The notes: generated by a model from the sequence alone, not told the origin. Counted from the first letter of the stretch, positions 1 through 10,105 are shown. The stretch: DNA of 64,000 nucleotides from Spartobacteria bacterium (GCA_947487385.1 CANKWU010000007.1:7894-71893); one strand, 5' to 3'. Made by a program: numbers and translations.

Positions 1-331
1 TTTCTCTTTCCTCAGCCAAGGCTGCCAGTTGACCATGCAGATCAGGAGCATGGTCAAAAGGATGCCCTTGGCAGAAAACGGTGAGATCAGCCAGGGAATC
101 GTATCTCGCGATAAGATGAGTCAGGTAGGTATGGGCTTCCCTGCCTATATTCGGAAGAGGTATTTCGCACATCCCCGCCCTTCCAAGGAGACTCTGCGGC
201 AAAGCCTGGACAGACCCCTTGTTGTAGATCGAGATCCGAAACGATACTGGCACTCTTCTAAGCCACCGGAGATCCTCCTCATGGTGTGCGACCACAAGTT
301 CAACCGATCGTTGATTGGAACAAGACTTCAT
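1..331 (-). CDS. Hypothetical protein, N-terminal part only (gene runs off the left edge)
   Basis: My own minus-strand translation from the ATG at 331 reads MKSCSNQRSVELVVAHHEEDLRWLRRV...NIGREAHTYLTHLIARYDSLADLTVFCQGHPFDH... and stays open to position 1. It is absent from the ORF track because it has no stop in the window. The listed + ORF 29..379 is its antisense shadow. The GREA..YL motif weakly recalls DUF3431-type putative glycosyltransferases. Confidence 0.4.
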   Translation of the reverse strand, partial: MKSCSNQRSVELVVAHHEEDLRWLRRVPVSFRISIYNKGSVQALPQSLLGRAGMCEIPLPNIGREAHTYLTHLIARYDSLADLTVFCQGHPFDHAPDLHGQLAALAEERE

Positions 332-394
332 TTCCTTCTTTCCTTAATGAGCTTGGCTAGGGCATGCCAGATCCATTAGACATCAACTTTTACC

Positions 395-1153
395 ATGAAC
401 ATTCTAATCCTGGCAGCCGGATACGCAACACGCCTCTATCCCCTCACTGAAAACAAGGCCAAACCCCTTCTCGAAGTAGCGGGCAAGCCGATGATTGAAT
501 GGGTTCTCGATAACCTCGCTCTGATTCCCGACATCGACCGAGTCTATGTGGTAACGAACAATAAGTTCGCCGGCGCTTTCGAGGAATGGGCCGTGGAATA
601 CAAATCAAAGGGAGAGGGCGGAGCCAAGATGGAGTTTTCGATCATTAATGATGGATCCACATGCGATGCGGACAAACTTGGGGCCATCGGCGACATCCAT
701 CATGTCCTCAAAACCCAAAATATAAGCCATCAAGATCTGCTGGTCGTTGCCGGGGACAATCTCTTCAGTCAGCCAGTTCCTGAATTTGCGGAAGCCGCTA
801 AAAAATATCCTGTCACCCTAGCACTCTATGATGTCGGAAATCTTGAGGAGATTCGAAAATACAACAATGTCTCCATTGACCCCGAAGGTGTGATCACTCA
901 CTTCGAGGAAAAACCATCCCACCCCACCACCACGAAGACCGGTATCGCCCTTTATTACTACCGCAAGGATACTCTTCCCCTCATCGATACCTATGTTGCC
1001 GAGGGGAACAATCCGGATCAACCCGGACGCCTTATCCAGTGGCTCTTTCCTCGTGTCAAGGTGGGTACCTGGGATGTACCAGGAACGTGGTTCGACATCG
1101 GCAGCAAGGAGACCTTGATCGAAGCCAATGAAGTGTTCAAAAAATTCGCCTGA
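395..1153 (+). CDS. Sugar-phosphate nucleotidyltransferase (NTP_transferase family)
   Basis: The N-terminus MNILILAAGYATRLYPLTENKAKPLLEVAGKPMIEW matches the G-x-G-T-R-L / KPLL signature of glucose-1-P thymidylyl/uridylyl-transferase-like enzymes. ATG at 395. Confidence 0.8.
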   Translation: MNILILAAGYATRLYPLTENKAKPLLEVAGKPMIEWVLDNLALIPDIDRVYVVTNNKFAGAFEEWAVEYKSKGEGGAKMEFSIINDGSTCDADKLGAIGDIHHVLKTQNISHQDLLVVAGDNLFSQPVPEFAEAAKKYPVTLALYDVGNLEEIRKYNNVSIDPEGVITHFEEKPSHPTTTKTGIALYYYRKDTLPLIDTYVAEGNNPDQPGRLIQWLFPRVKVGTWDVPGTWFDIGSKETLIEANEVFKKFA

Positions 1154-1277
1154 AGCTCAGGCAAGGCAGAATGAGTAAGAATCAACCCTCCACCTCTGAG
1201 TACCGTAATAAATCACAGAACCCGAGGCAGATAAATGGCTGATTGATCCAGCGCTTCCTTAAGAAGCTCAAGCAAGC

Positions 1278-1451
1278 CTAAGCAATCTTGAGCCTCTTGC
1301 TTCCGTGGCGAGTCTTAGCAACCACGCTCCCCCGCCGGAAGAGATCTTGGATGGCAGCCAGTGTTTCGCGATCATTGCGGGCGTAGCTGGAAACTGTTGC
1401 GACCAGATCGCCTAGTGAAGTGATGTGTTTGGGGTTTGTTTGTGTTTTCAT
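1278..1451 (-). CDS. Small hypothetical protein (57 aa from internal ATG)
   Basis: ORF only (MKTQTNPKHITSLGDLVATVSSYARNDRETLAAIQDLFRRG...). No recognisable family. Confidence 0.3.
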   Translation of the reverse strand: MKTQTNPKHITSLGDLVATVSSYARNDRETLAAIQDLFRRGSVVAKTRHGSKRLKIA

Positions 1452-1621
1452 GGTTGGATCTTTCTGTTGAGTAAGACACGCCACAGGCTGAGGATGTTCA
1501 AAATTGTTATCATTAGGAAAAGGGCTCTCGACTCTTGCCCTTCGGATGATAACGGAATGGCCGGGCCTTGCTTGTCTCCAAGCTGTGGATATGCTCCATG
1601 AATCTCTAGATCAGGAATCTA

Positions 1622-2422
1622 ATGCACCTACCATCTGCCAAACGATTAACCCTCCACGGCCTGTTCGCGCCCTTTGTTCTCGGAGCACTTGCCACCTCGT
1701 CAGCAATGGCCGTCGAGACCAACCCCAGCACAGTCCTCTCTTCTGTTCCCGCCCTTGCCACAAATGCATCCGGGAATCCGGAGACACTTCTAAAACTCCT
1801 CTCGGCAGGCGGCCTCGTCATGATTCCGTTGTTGGTTCTTTCCGTGATCACCCTTGCCTTGATACTCGTCTATCTCGTGACCCTCAGGAGGGGAGCAGTG
1901 GCCGGCGCCCGATTCATGACAGTGGCCGAGACCCTGCTTGGGAAAGGAGATCTTCTGGGGCTCCTAGCCATTGCCAACAAACACCGCGACATTGCCGCCT
2001 CCATCCTTGTACGGACCCTGGACTTCGTGGCCAGCAACCCGACGGCCACTGATGAGCAACTCCGAGAAATCGCGCAGACAGAGGGAAGCAGGGAGGCCTC
2101 CCTACTGAACCAGCGTGTCGCTTGGCTTGCCGACATCGCGACCGTTGCCCCGATGCTTGGATTGCTTGGAACAGTTTTTGGTATGATCCGATCCTTTAGC
2201 GTGATGGCCAACGATGTGGCCGCCTCACGCCCGATGCTTCTGGCGGAGGGGGTAGCCGAGGCGCTCGTCGCCACAGCCGCCGGCTTGGTTGTCGGGATTC
2301 CGGCAATGATCGCCTACGCCTGGTTCCGCGGAAGGGTGCAGGAAATGATTTCTGAAATGGAAGGGGCGACTTCCCTCTTGCTGGTGAAGCTCGTCATCGC
2401 CAGAAAGCTGACGCACCGCTGA
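1622..2422 (+). CDS. MotA/TolQ/ExbB proton-channel family protein
   Basis: The motif LADIATVAPMLGLLGTVFGMIRSF and the C-terminal TM LAEGVAEALVATAAGLVVGIPA are typical of ExbB/TolQ. It is followed by an ExbD/TolR gene. Confidence 0.85.
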   Translation: MHLPSAKRLTLHGLFAPFVLGALATSSAMAVETNPSTVLSSVPALATNASGNPETLLKLLSAGGLVMIPLLVLSVITLALILVYLVTLRRGAVAGARFMTVAETLLGKGDLLGLLAIANKHRDIAASILVRTLDFVASNPTATDEQLREIAQTEGSREASLLNQRVAWLADIATVAPMLGLLGTVFGMIRSFSVMANDVAASRPMLLAEGVAEALVATAAGLVVGIPAMIAYAWFRGRVQEMISEMEGATSLLLVKLVIARKLTHR

Positions 2423-2437
2423 TTTGCACCAACCACC

Positions 2438-2878
2438 GTGAATTTCCGCACGCGCTTACAGCCGGAGCCACGGGGATTCCTGATCGCCCCGATGGTCGAT
2501 ATCCTTCTCGTGCTGCTAGGGTTCTTCATGCTCACGTGGAGCTTTGCCAGGCAGGAACGGGAACTCGACGTCCAGATGCCCTCGGCCGGCGAGGCCAAGG
2601 AGCAGAGGCGCTCCGTCGGAGAGGTGATTATCAACGTCAAGGCCGATGGTAGCCTTGTCATGAATCGTCGGAGCATGACCGCGGATGAGCTTTTGGCGGC
2701 GCTTTCACGAATTGCCGCACTCTATCCGGACCAGGCCGTGGTGCTACGCGGCGACCAGCGCGTCGACTATGGACACATCATTAAGACACTCGATCTCTGC
2801 CGGAAGGCCAATATCTGGAACATCGCCTTCGCCACGGCCAGTCCCGAAGTTTCAATGACTCCCCCCTCCCGTCTATGA
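2438..2878 (+). CDS. ExbD/TolR biopolymer transport protein
   Basis: GTG start. The single N-terminal TM (LIAPMVDILLVLLGFFM) and periplasmic domain (VVLRGDQRVDYGHIIKTLDLCRKA) follow the ExbD pattern. Confidence 0.8.
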   Translation: MNFRTRLQPEPRGFLIAPMVDILLVLLGFFMLTWSFARQERELDVQMPSAGEAKEQRRSVGEVIINVKADGSLVMNRRSMTADELLAALSRIAALYPDQAVVLRGDQRVDYGHIIKTLDLCRKANIWNIAFATASPEVSMTPPSRL

Positions 2879-5664
2879 AGAGGGCCATTTCCAACAAGAG
2901 TGCTTTTTCCAACGTCTCTCGCGACCGCACTTCCGCTGCAGCTTTTTTTTGGATCGGCCTGAGCGGACTTTCCGGACTCATGTCCACGCTCTACGCGCAG
3001 TCGCTCTCACCCGAGCCTGAAGTCCGTCGCGCCCTTCCCGTGACAGAATCCTCATATCCGACTCCGACACCGATTCCGGTCATGAGAGCTCTTCCGGTGG
3101 ATCACAATTCCATTGCTCCCTCCCTTTCAGTTTCCCCCTCGACCTCTCCTTCGAGCTCTACCACTACCGCTCCTTTGACCTCCATTCCCCGGGGATCCCG
3201 TTCATTTAATTCCTCGATTCTGGAGTCTCAACCCACTGCCCCGGCTCCGCCGCCTCCTTCCTCACCATCAGCTTCCGCATCATCCTCGAAGACGCCATCA
3301 CCCGCTCCCACGACAACAACAATAATTTCCTCTGATGCACCGGGCAGCATCCGCCTTACCCCGGGGGCGGCAGTCGATCCGTCAGCCCTGGCAACGTCAC
3401 AACTTGCGATCGCCGACGGATGCTATGCAAGGAAACAACCGGAACTGGCCATTCCCGAATATGAAAAATTCCTGATCATGGCGTCACGGAGTTCCGACGA
3501 TCGGGAACGTGCCCTGTATCGTTTGGGGGAATCACAACGCCAGATGGGCAGCATGAACGCCGCGGAGAACACCTTTCTCAAGGTGATCGCCGAATACCCG
3601 GCTGGCCAATACGTTGCCTCCTCATCATACCGCCTTGGCGAGATGAGGGAGGCGCGGAGTGAGTATTCCAATGCGGCTGATAATTTTGCGACGACTGCCA
3701 AGCGTGCCACCGATCCCAGCATCCGTCTTGCCGCGCTCTACCATCAGGCACTCTCTTTGGAAAAGAGCGGGCACCAAAAGGAGGGAGAGGTTCTTTTTCG
3801 CACGGTGGCTTCGGAAAAACAGCTCGGAACGGGACCTAATCCCTACCGCACCCCCACCCTGATGCATCTGGCCACCTTGGCTACGAACTCGGGAAACAAG
3901 CAGGAGGCTCTGGCCGATTATCGGGAAATCATGGTGACGGAAACCAAAGGAGAAACCTTTGCCCAGGCAGCTCTGAATGCAGCCCAGATCGAATCAGACC
4001 TTGGTCATCCGGAGGAGGCCCGCAAACTCCTCGAGAAAGTAGCCTCTTCCAAAGATTCTGGACGCTGGCAAAGCATTGCTTCACTCGGTGCATTGCGACT
4101 GGCCGCACAGTCCGGTGACAATGGTGCGGTCCTTCGGACTTCGGAAAGCGCCCTAGCCATCGATTCCGAAAACAAACCGGAAATCCTGCTCCTCCAAGCG
4201 AATGCCCTGAGAAAATTGGGAAAGAATGGGAAGGCCCTTGAGAACTACGATATCATCATCCGCGAGTACACCGTGAGCAAGGCCGCTTCCGAAGCTCCTT
4301 TCCAACGTCTTCTCGCGCTGCATGCCTTGAGGAGCCCTCAACTCCTCTCAGAGATCGACCAGTATCTCCTGACGGCAAGCGCTCCATCCGACAGGGCTCG
4401 AGCCCAGTTACTCAAGGCCGAGGCCACGCTCATGGCGACGAAGTATCAAGAAGCAGCCCAGCTATACCACGACCTTCCGCTTAAGGACCTGCCCCCGACC
4501 GCAAAATCCGACATCTTCTACAAGGAGGCTTGGGCGCTCATGCAAGCGAACACACAGACCACCGCAGATCAGTCCAAGCCCGTTGACTCAGCGCTCCAGG
4601 CAGAGGCGCTTGGGGCTTTGACACGCTTTATCGACTCCTTTCCGGACGACACGCGGACTCCCGCAAGCCTTGCACAGCGCGGACTCCTGAATCTCAAACA
4701 AAAAAAATTTGATGCCTCAGTGGCGGATTTTACCCTACTTGAGACCCGCTACCCGAAAGCTCCCGAACGGGAACTGGCTCTCCAACAGAAGGGCCTTCTG
4801 CTGGGTCAGCAGCAGAAGAGTGAGGAGATGGTCGCAACGTTTACCCGTCTTATTCAGGACTACCCGAAGAGCAGCGCTGCCCCTGAAGCCCATTACTGGA
4901 TCGGATTGACTGCCCTCGACCGCAAGGATTACCCCACAGCCATCGCCGAACTCACCGAAGCTCGCAAAAAAGATCCCAAACAGTTCGGAGAACGGGCTGG
5001 GCTCCGGATCCTTCTTGCCCGGTACGACCAGAATGACGTGGGAGAAGCCTCGCGTGAGGCGATGGCCTTGAAGAGCTCACTCATTCCGCCAGAGGTCGGC
5101 CGTTGGCTCGGCCTGAAAACCATGGAAGCCGGTGATCCTTCGAAAGCCGAACGCTTTCTTGCTCCTCTTGTGAATGCGGGCCTTCCCGGGAATACAGATT
5201 CAGAAATCCAAGGATCTCTGGCCCAATCCCTCATCCTACAGAATAAACTCAAAGAAGCCCAGATTCCTGCCGCTGCTTGCCTCAAGCTCGCCAAGGATCC
5301 GGCAGCCAGGGCCAAGGCTCTCCTTATGGCTGCAGCGATCCAACGCTCGCTGAAGGACTTCAACTCCGCCTCCTCGATGGTCGAGGAGGTGATGCTTCTT
5401 CAACCTGAGGGACCTATCAACGCGGAGGCTCGAATCCTGAGCGGTGATCTGCTAGTCTCAAAGCAAGACTACGTCGGCGCCGCCAAGGCATACATCACGG
5501 TCGCGGTACTTTATGACGACGCGACGATGACTCCCAAGGCGCTGGCGCGAGCCGCCGATGCCTACCGCCAGGCCGGCAATGAACCCGAGGCTCAGAAAAC
5601 GCTGGACGAACTGCACAAACGTTTTCCAAATTTTCGCAATAATCCCGGCCCGTCAAAAAAATGA
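2875..5664 (+). CDS. Membrane-anchored Pro/Ser/Thr-rich protein with long TPR-repeat domain
   Basis: Its ATG overlaps the exbD stop (ATGA at 2875-2878). It has an N-terminal hydrophobic anchor, then a low-complexity P/S/T linker of about 130 aa (nt ~3000-3400). Many TPR-like A-x-Y/A-x-x-A repeats follow (e.g. ALYRLGESQRQMGSMNAAENTFLKVIAEYP). Confidence 0.7.
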   Translation: MKRAISNKSAFSNVSRDRTSAAAFFWIGLSGLSGLMSTLYAQSLSPEPEVRRALPVTESSYPTPTPIPVMRALPVDHNSIAPSLSVSPSTSPSSSTTTAPLTSIPRGSRSFNSSILESQPTAPAPPPPSSPSASASSSKTPSPAPTTTTIISSDAPGSIRLTPGAAVDPSALATSQLAIADGCYARKQPELAIPEYEKFLIMASRSSDDRERALYRLGESQRQMGSMNAAENTFLKVIAEYPAGQYVASSSYRLGEMREARSEYSNAADNFATTAKRATDPSIRLAALYHQALSLEKSGHQKEGEVLFRTVASEKQLGTGPNPYRTPTLMHLATLATNSGNKQEALADYREIMVTETKGETFAQAALNAAQIESDLGHPEEARKLLEKVASSKDSGRWQSIASLGALRLAAQSGDNGAVLRTSESALAIDSENKPEILLLQANALRKLGKNGKALENYDIIIREYTVSKAASEAPFQRLLALHALRSPQLLSEIDQYLLTASAPSDRARAQLLKAEATLMATKYQEAAQLYHDLPLKDLPPTAKSDIFYKEAWALMQANTQTTADQSKPVDSALQAEALGALTRFIDSFPDDTRTPASLAQRGLLNLKQKKFDASVADFTLLETRYPKAPERELALQQKGLLLGQQQKSEEMVATFTRLIQDYPKSSAAPEAHYWIGLTALDRKDYPTAIAELTEARKKDPKQFGERAGLRILLARYDQNDVGEASREAMALKSSLIPPEVGRWLGLKTMEAGDPSKAERFLAPLVNAGLPGNTDSEIQGSLAQSLILQNKLKEAQIPAAACLKLAKDPAARAKALLMAAAIQRSLKDFNSASSMVEEVMLLQPEGPINAEARILSGDLLVSKQDYVGAAKAYITVAVLYDDATMTPKALARAADAYRQAGNEPEAQKTLDELHKRFPNFRNNPGPSKK

Positions 5665-6350
5665 AAACCATGAAGAGCCTTTCACTTTTTCCGCTTGTTC
5701 TTTTTTTGATTCCAGCCACCGCTCTGATGCCGAAAACACTTCTGGCTAACGCAACAAATACTCCATCAGCGACTTCCGGGACGACCACTGGGTTGGTATC
5801 CAAAGTAGCTACCAATACAGCCTTAACGAATCCACCAACTACAAATGCGCCACTCACCATGAATCCCCCCGCTCTAATCGCCCATGATCTGAGTGAAATT
5901 CATGGATCCATTTCCTTGCCAAAGGATTGGACCCTTCTTCCTGGCAAACTGCTGGAGGGAGATGTTCTTCTCGCCACCAAGGAAAATATTTCCGGGGAGA
6001 ACGATCCCTACATCACAGGCCTGAGCATGACCCTCGACCGCAACGGGGCAAAAGATTCAGGTCAGAAGGTAACGGAATACGCCATGAGTCTTGCCCGCGA
6101 AGCTCATGCCAAGGCTGGCGATGAGGCTTCTCCGCTCTGGGAGTCTCAGAGCGGATCCTTCCATGAAATTCGTTTTGATTTCCCTGTCGCGGGTGATCAA
6201 CCCCTGCAAATCACCGAGGTACTGCGCTCCTACGAAAAGACCGGAACGCTCGCCGTCATTCTCTGGCAATCCCCGAAGGAGGGAGCCGTGGCCCTTCAGG
6301 ATCTCCGGGATGCGATTCTTGCGGGCCTTATCCTTAGTGCCGAAAAATGA
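5661..6350 (+). CDS. Hypothetical secreted protein
   Basis: ATGA overlap with the upstream stop. Signal-peptide-like N-terminus (MKTMKSLSLFPLVLFLIPATA) and a T/N-rich linker. No family recognised. Confidence 0.55.
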   Translation: MKTMKSLSLFPLVLFLIPATALMPKTLLANATNTPSATSGTTTGLVSKVATNTALTNPPTTNAPLTMNPPALIAHDLSEIHGSISLPKDWTLLPGKLLEGDVLLATKENISGENDPYITGLSMTLDRNGAKDSGQKVTEYAMSLAREAHAKAGDEASPLWESQSGSFHEIRFDFPVAGDQPLQITEVLRSYEKTGTLAVILWQSPKEGAVALQDLRDAILAGLILSAEK

Positions 6351-7522
6351 GCATTTTGCGGGCCTACAAAAACCGGGGCAACCTGCCTGCGTTCCTGCTC
6401 TTTTTGTTTGCTCTGGCACTTGCCGTGGGAGGCATCGCCTTCTGGCGACTCATGCAACCCAAGCCTCTCCCACAAGTCACCCAGACACTTTCCGGTTGGT
6501 CGGCTTTGCAGGATCAAAAAGATCGTTTTTCCCATTCCTTGGCCTCAGATCGTTCACTGGAAACGATCGATCGTGAATTCACCGCTCTAGTCGAGCATGT
6601 GATCCCCTCTGTGGTCAGCATCGCTACCACGACGGCACCGGATCGCGATGTGTTGATCCGTCAATTCTTCGGCCTTAGTGGTGGTAATGTCAGCCAAAAT
6701 AGCAAGATGGGCTCCGGCATGATTGTCTCCCCGGAGGGGTACATCGTCACCAACTGGCATGTCGTCAAAGGCGCCTCCCAAGTCACAGTTCAGCTGAGTG
6801 ACGGCCGTTCTCTTCCTGCTGCGATCGCTGGCGCCGATCAACGTTCTGATATTGCTGTCCTGAAGGTTGCCACCGAAGGGCTCGAACCAATCGCCTTCGG
6901 CGACTCTGAATTGGTCAAGGTCGGCCAGATGGTCTTTGCCGTGGGCAATCCCTTCGGGCTACAGGAAACTGTAACTCAGGGGATCATCAGTGCCAAGGGA
7001 CGCCGTACCGTCAGTGAGGCCGCCAATGAGTTTTTCCAGACAAGCACCACCATTAACCCCGGCAACTCGGGCGGCCCCCTGGTCGACATCCACGGGAAGG
7101 TCATCGGCATCAACAACTTCATTATCAGCAGGAGTGGCGGCTCTGAGGGGATCGGATTTGCGATTCCCTCCAATGTGGCGCGGCGGGTCTACGAGGACAT
7201 CGTTCAGCGCGGCCGTGTTATCCATCCCTGGTTCGGAGTCGTGATGCGCCCCTTGAATGCCAGCCTTGCAAAACAGCTCGGACTACCGAATTCGAATGGA
7301 GCCTTGGTCGCCGCCACGCTTGCTGGATCGCCCGCGGAGCGGAGCGGACTTCTAGGCGGCGATGTGATTGTTTCCTTTAACGGTCACCCGATCCGTGATG
7401 GGAAAGACCTGCGCAATCGCGTGGCAGAGGCTGAAGTCGGCCCTCCCACAGGCCTAGGGGTTCTCCGTGGGGGAAGACCACTCCAGCTCAGCGTCACGAT
7501 GATTGAGGAGCCGACTGATTGA
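6347..7522 (+). CDS. HtrA/DegP-family serine protease with PDZ domain
   Basis: ATGA overlap with the upstream gene. Catalytic motifs are TNWHVV (His), DIAVLKV (Asp) and GNSGGPLVD (Ser). The C-terminal region is PDZ-like (GALVAATLAGSPAERSGLLGGDVIVSFNG). Confidence 0.9.
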   Translation: MSILRAYKNRGNLPAFLLFLFALALAVGGIAFWRLMQPKPLPQVTQTLSGWSALQDQKDRFSHSLASDRSLETIDREFTALVEHVIPSVVSIATTTAPDRDVLIRQFFGLSGGNVSQNSKMGSGMIVSPEGYIVTNWHVVKGASQVTVQLSDGRSLPAAIAGADQRSDIAVLKVATEGLEPIAFGDSELVKVGQMVFAVGNPFGLQETVTQGIISAKGRRTVSEAANEFFQTSTTINPGNSGGPLVDIHGKVIGINNFIISRSGGSEGIGFAIPSNVARRVYEDIVQRGRVIHPWFGVVMRPLNASLAKQLGLPNSNGALVAATLAGSPAERSGLLGGDVIVSFNGHPIRDGKDLRNRVAEAEVGPPTGLGVLRGGRPLQLSVTMIEEPTD

Positions 7523-7631
7523 TCCGAAACTTTTGTTCACTCCTCATCGTATCTTCACTCCTCTCCTTCCAAAATCCGGCTCTCGCGCGCTTGCGGAGTC
7601 AGGGCCTTGGGAACTAGATTATTCCTTTGTC

Positions 7632-8378
7632 ATGCTAGCAGATCCCTACACCCGAACATCAAGTGCCCCGCGCAGCGCTCGCGTCCGAGTTGCTCTCTGG
7701 GCCCTTGGGATCATCGCCCTCATCGAGTTGATCCTTGCCGCGATCGCTCTGGCTCCCCGTTTTGTTTCCGAAATACGATCCGGCACGTTCCCAGTGCAGG
7801 CTCTGGAAGCAGTATCATTGACCAATTCTGCTGCTCCTTTGATCCAACCAGCAACTCCACAGTTTCCTGCCTCTTTGCCTGTCAACCAGCAGGCCACAGC
7901 CACTTTACCAGTCAACTCCACGCTTAAGAAGATCCTAGCCGATCAGAAGGTAGAGACACCTTTCAGACAGCAACCTGCGGATGCGGCAGTCAGCGGGGAG
8001 ACATCCCTTAAGATCGTCAACGCTCGCCTCACCGATACCGAGGATGGGTCCAAGAGGCTTCAAGTAGCCATCAAGGCAAGCTCTCAGGAACAAATCGACA
8101 GCGCCCAGGAAAAGGTTCAGGTCTATTTCTATGATCAGGATGGCGATGAGATTGTTCCAAGCAAGGCACAGGTAACCTCCAAGTGGCTCAACTGGCAAAA
8201 TGGGGAGCCCCAGCTGGTTGAGGTGACTTATCTCCCCGAATCAATTGATCCCAGTGTCAAGTTTGCCGGATATGTCATCGCAGTCTATTACAAGGGGGAT
8301 CTTCAGGACTGCCGTGCTCAACCCGTACGGCTTCAGAAGCTTTTTGAGCCCAAGTACTATATCGGAACAGACGAGTGA
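7632..8378 (+). CDS. Hypothetical membrane-anchored protein
   Basis: The track ORF 7503..8378 starts at TTG inside htrA, so the first ATG at 7632 (MLADPYTR...) is preferred. It has one TM (VALWALGIIALIELILAAIALAP). No family recognised. Confidence 0.5.
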   Translation: MLADPYTRTSSAPRSARVRVALWALGIIALIELILAAIALAPRFVSEIRSGTFPVQALEAVSLTNSAAPLIQPATPQFPASLPVNQQATATLPVNSTLKKILADQKVETPFRQQPADAAVSGETSLKIVNARLTDTEDGSKRLQVAIKASSQEQIDSAQEKVQVYFYDQDGDEIVPSKAQVTSKWLNWQNGEPQLVEVTYLPESIDPSVKFAGYVIAVYYKGDLQDCRAQPVRLQKLFEPKYYIGTDE

Positions 8379-9382
8379 TGCATCGCATGACTACTGCCAT
8401 GCCCCGGGCGACCTCCCTCGCTCTCGCCTTATTTCTGGTGCTGATCGCTTTTCCACCGACTACCCTACACTCTCAAATCCTTGTTGATCTCTCCATCAAG
8501 AGGGTGCTGTATCTCGCCTACGAGCCGCTTCTGGCCACCGTGCGGATTTCCAATCTCTCCGGCAACCCTCTTCTGCTCGCCGATGTGGAGGGAAAGAAGT
8601 GGTTTGGCTTCCAGGTGGATACACTCGACGGGCGCCCCATCCCCCCTTCCAACCCCGACTACGAGATTGAACCGATCAAAGTGGGTCCCGGAGAGTCGAT
8701 CACCCGCACCATTAATCTGGTCCAACTTTACCCGCTTGCCGACTTCGGCTCTTATCGGATCAGGGCAAGCGTCTACTCTGTCGAGCTCTCCAACTATTTC
8801 AGCAGCCCTTCGCTTACCATCGAAATTACCGAAGGACGCCTTCTCTGGCAGCAGACCGTAGGAGTGCCTGCAAGGGATGGAATCCGGGGCGGCAGCCGCA
8901 CTATCAGTCTCCTCTCCCATCGCCTGACAGAGAGGACGGATCTCTACTTGAGGATCGAGGACAAGGAAGCCGGCATAGTCTACTGCACCCACCGGCTCGG
9001 GGACTACATCTCTTACGGAAAGCCCGATATCATGCTCGACGCCTCCAACACCATTCATGTTCTTCAGAACAACATCCCCCACGAGTTTATCTACACGAAG
9101 GTCGGTCTGGACGGTAAAATTCTGGACCAGCTTTCTTACACCGCTCCCAAATCACGTCCCCAACTCAAACGCTTCGAAGACGGCACCATCTCTGTGGTGG
9201 GGGGCGCCCTGTTTGATCCAAAAGCCACCCCGACTCCTGGCATCATTCCGAATCTCTCCGACCGCCCCGTACCGCTGCCAACTCCCGAGATGCCAGCCTC
9301 TACATCTGAGAAGGGCAAGAAAAAGAAGCCTAACCCGTTGCCAACCCCTGCTCCAGTTCCTGCCCCCGTTCACATCGACTAA
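8378..9382 (+). CDS. Hypothetical secreted protein with Pro/Lys-rich tail
   Basis: GTGATG overlap with the upstream stop (8375-8380). Signal peptide (ATSLALALFLVLIAF). The C-terminus reads PVPLPTPEMPASTSEKGKKKKPNPLPTPAPVPAP. No family recognised. Confidence 0.55.
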   Translation: MHRMTTAMPRATSLALALFLVLIAFPPTTLHSQILVDLSIKRVLYLAYEPLLATVRISNLSGNPLLLADVEGKKWFGFQVDTLDGRPIPPSNPDYEIEPIKVGPGESITRTINLVQLYPLADFGSYRIRASVYSVELSNYFSSPSLTIEITEGRLLWQQTVGVPARDGIRGGSRTISLLSHRLTERTDLYLRIEDKEAGIVYCTHRLGDYISYGKPDIMLDASNTIHVLQNNIPHEFIYTKVGLDGKILDQLSYTAPKSRPQLKRFEDGTISVVGGALFDPKATPTPGIIPNLSDRPVPLPTPEMPASTSEKGKKKKPNPLPTPAPVPAPVHID

Positions 9383-9445
9383 AGAACCGCTGAAGTCTCA
9401 GATCCGCTCAACTTGACTAGAAGAAGTTTCCGCCGATAAGTATTA

Positions 9446-10105
9446 GTGCTCATGTCACTCTTGTTCATAAAACGATTTCTGCAAATCAGCGGATTCAGGC
9501 AAGTCATCCAGACTGCCATAGCCTGCATGGCCATGCTTCTCATCGGCGCCTGCGCCTCCTACGACGGTCGGTTGAACTCCACAGCAACCCAGTATCTAGG
9601 GACCGATGGCTCCATTGTCACGAGAGCCTCCACGGCATCGCTGGCCGACAGAATATCCTACTGGGCGGGTGAGTCAGCGAACGGCCCTGGCCACATCATC
9701 ATCAATATCAGCCAGCAGAAACTCTTTTACTACAAGGGAGGGAAACTCGTCGGCGTCTCCGCAGTCTCAACCGGCAAGGATGGACACGACTCGCCAGTGG
9801 GTAATTTCAAAGTCCAGAAGAAGGAAAAAGAGCATGCCTCCAATCTCTACGGCGACTTCGTCGACACCTCTGGCACTGTGGTGGTAAAGAACGTCGATGC
9901 TATTAAAGACAAGCCTCCTGAAGGCACTCACTTTCAAGGCTCTTCCATGCCGTGGTTTATGCAGTTTGCTCCGGGTGTTGGAATGCACACCGGCTTCCTG
10001 CCGGGAATCCCTGATTCCCATGGTTGCATCCGTCTGCCGGACAAGATGGCCAGGATTTTCTACGATGTGACGCCGGTCGGCACTCCCGTCACGGTCGAGA
10101 AATAG
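9446..10105 (+). CDS. L,D-transpeptidase (YkuD domain), probable lipoprotein
   Basis: The catalytic motif HGCIRLP lies near the C-terminus, with a lipobox-like LLIGAC near the N-terminus. The start is ambiguous (GTG 9446 / ATG 9452). Confidence 0.8.
   Translation: MLMSLLFIKRFLQISGFRQVIQTAIACMAMLLIGACASYDGRLNSTATQYLGTDGSIVTRASTASLADRISYWAGESANGPGHIIINISQQKLFYYKGGKLVGVSAVSTGKDGHDSPVGNFKVQKKEKEHASNLYGDFVDTSGTVVVKNVDAIKDKPPEGTHFQGSSMPWFMQFAPGVGMHTGFLPGIPDSHGCIRLPDKMARIFYDVTPVGTPVTVEK

Noticed and set aside
29-379. 116-aa + strand ORF at the left edge
   Set aside because: The minus strand carries a more protein-like frame from ATG 331 that remains open to the window edge. The + ORF is most likely its shadow.
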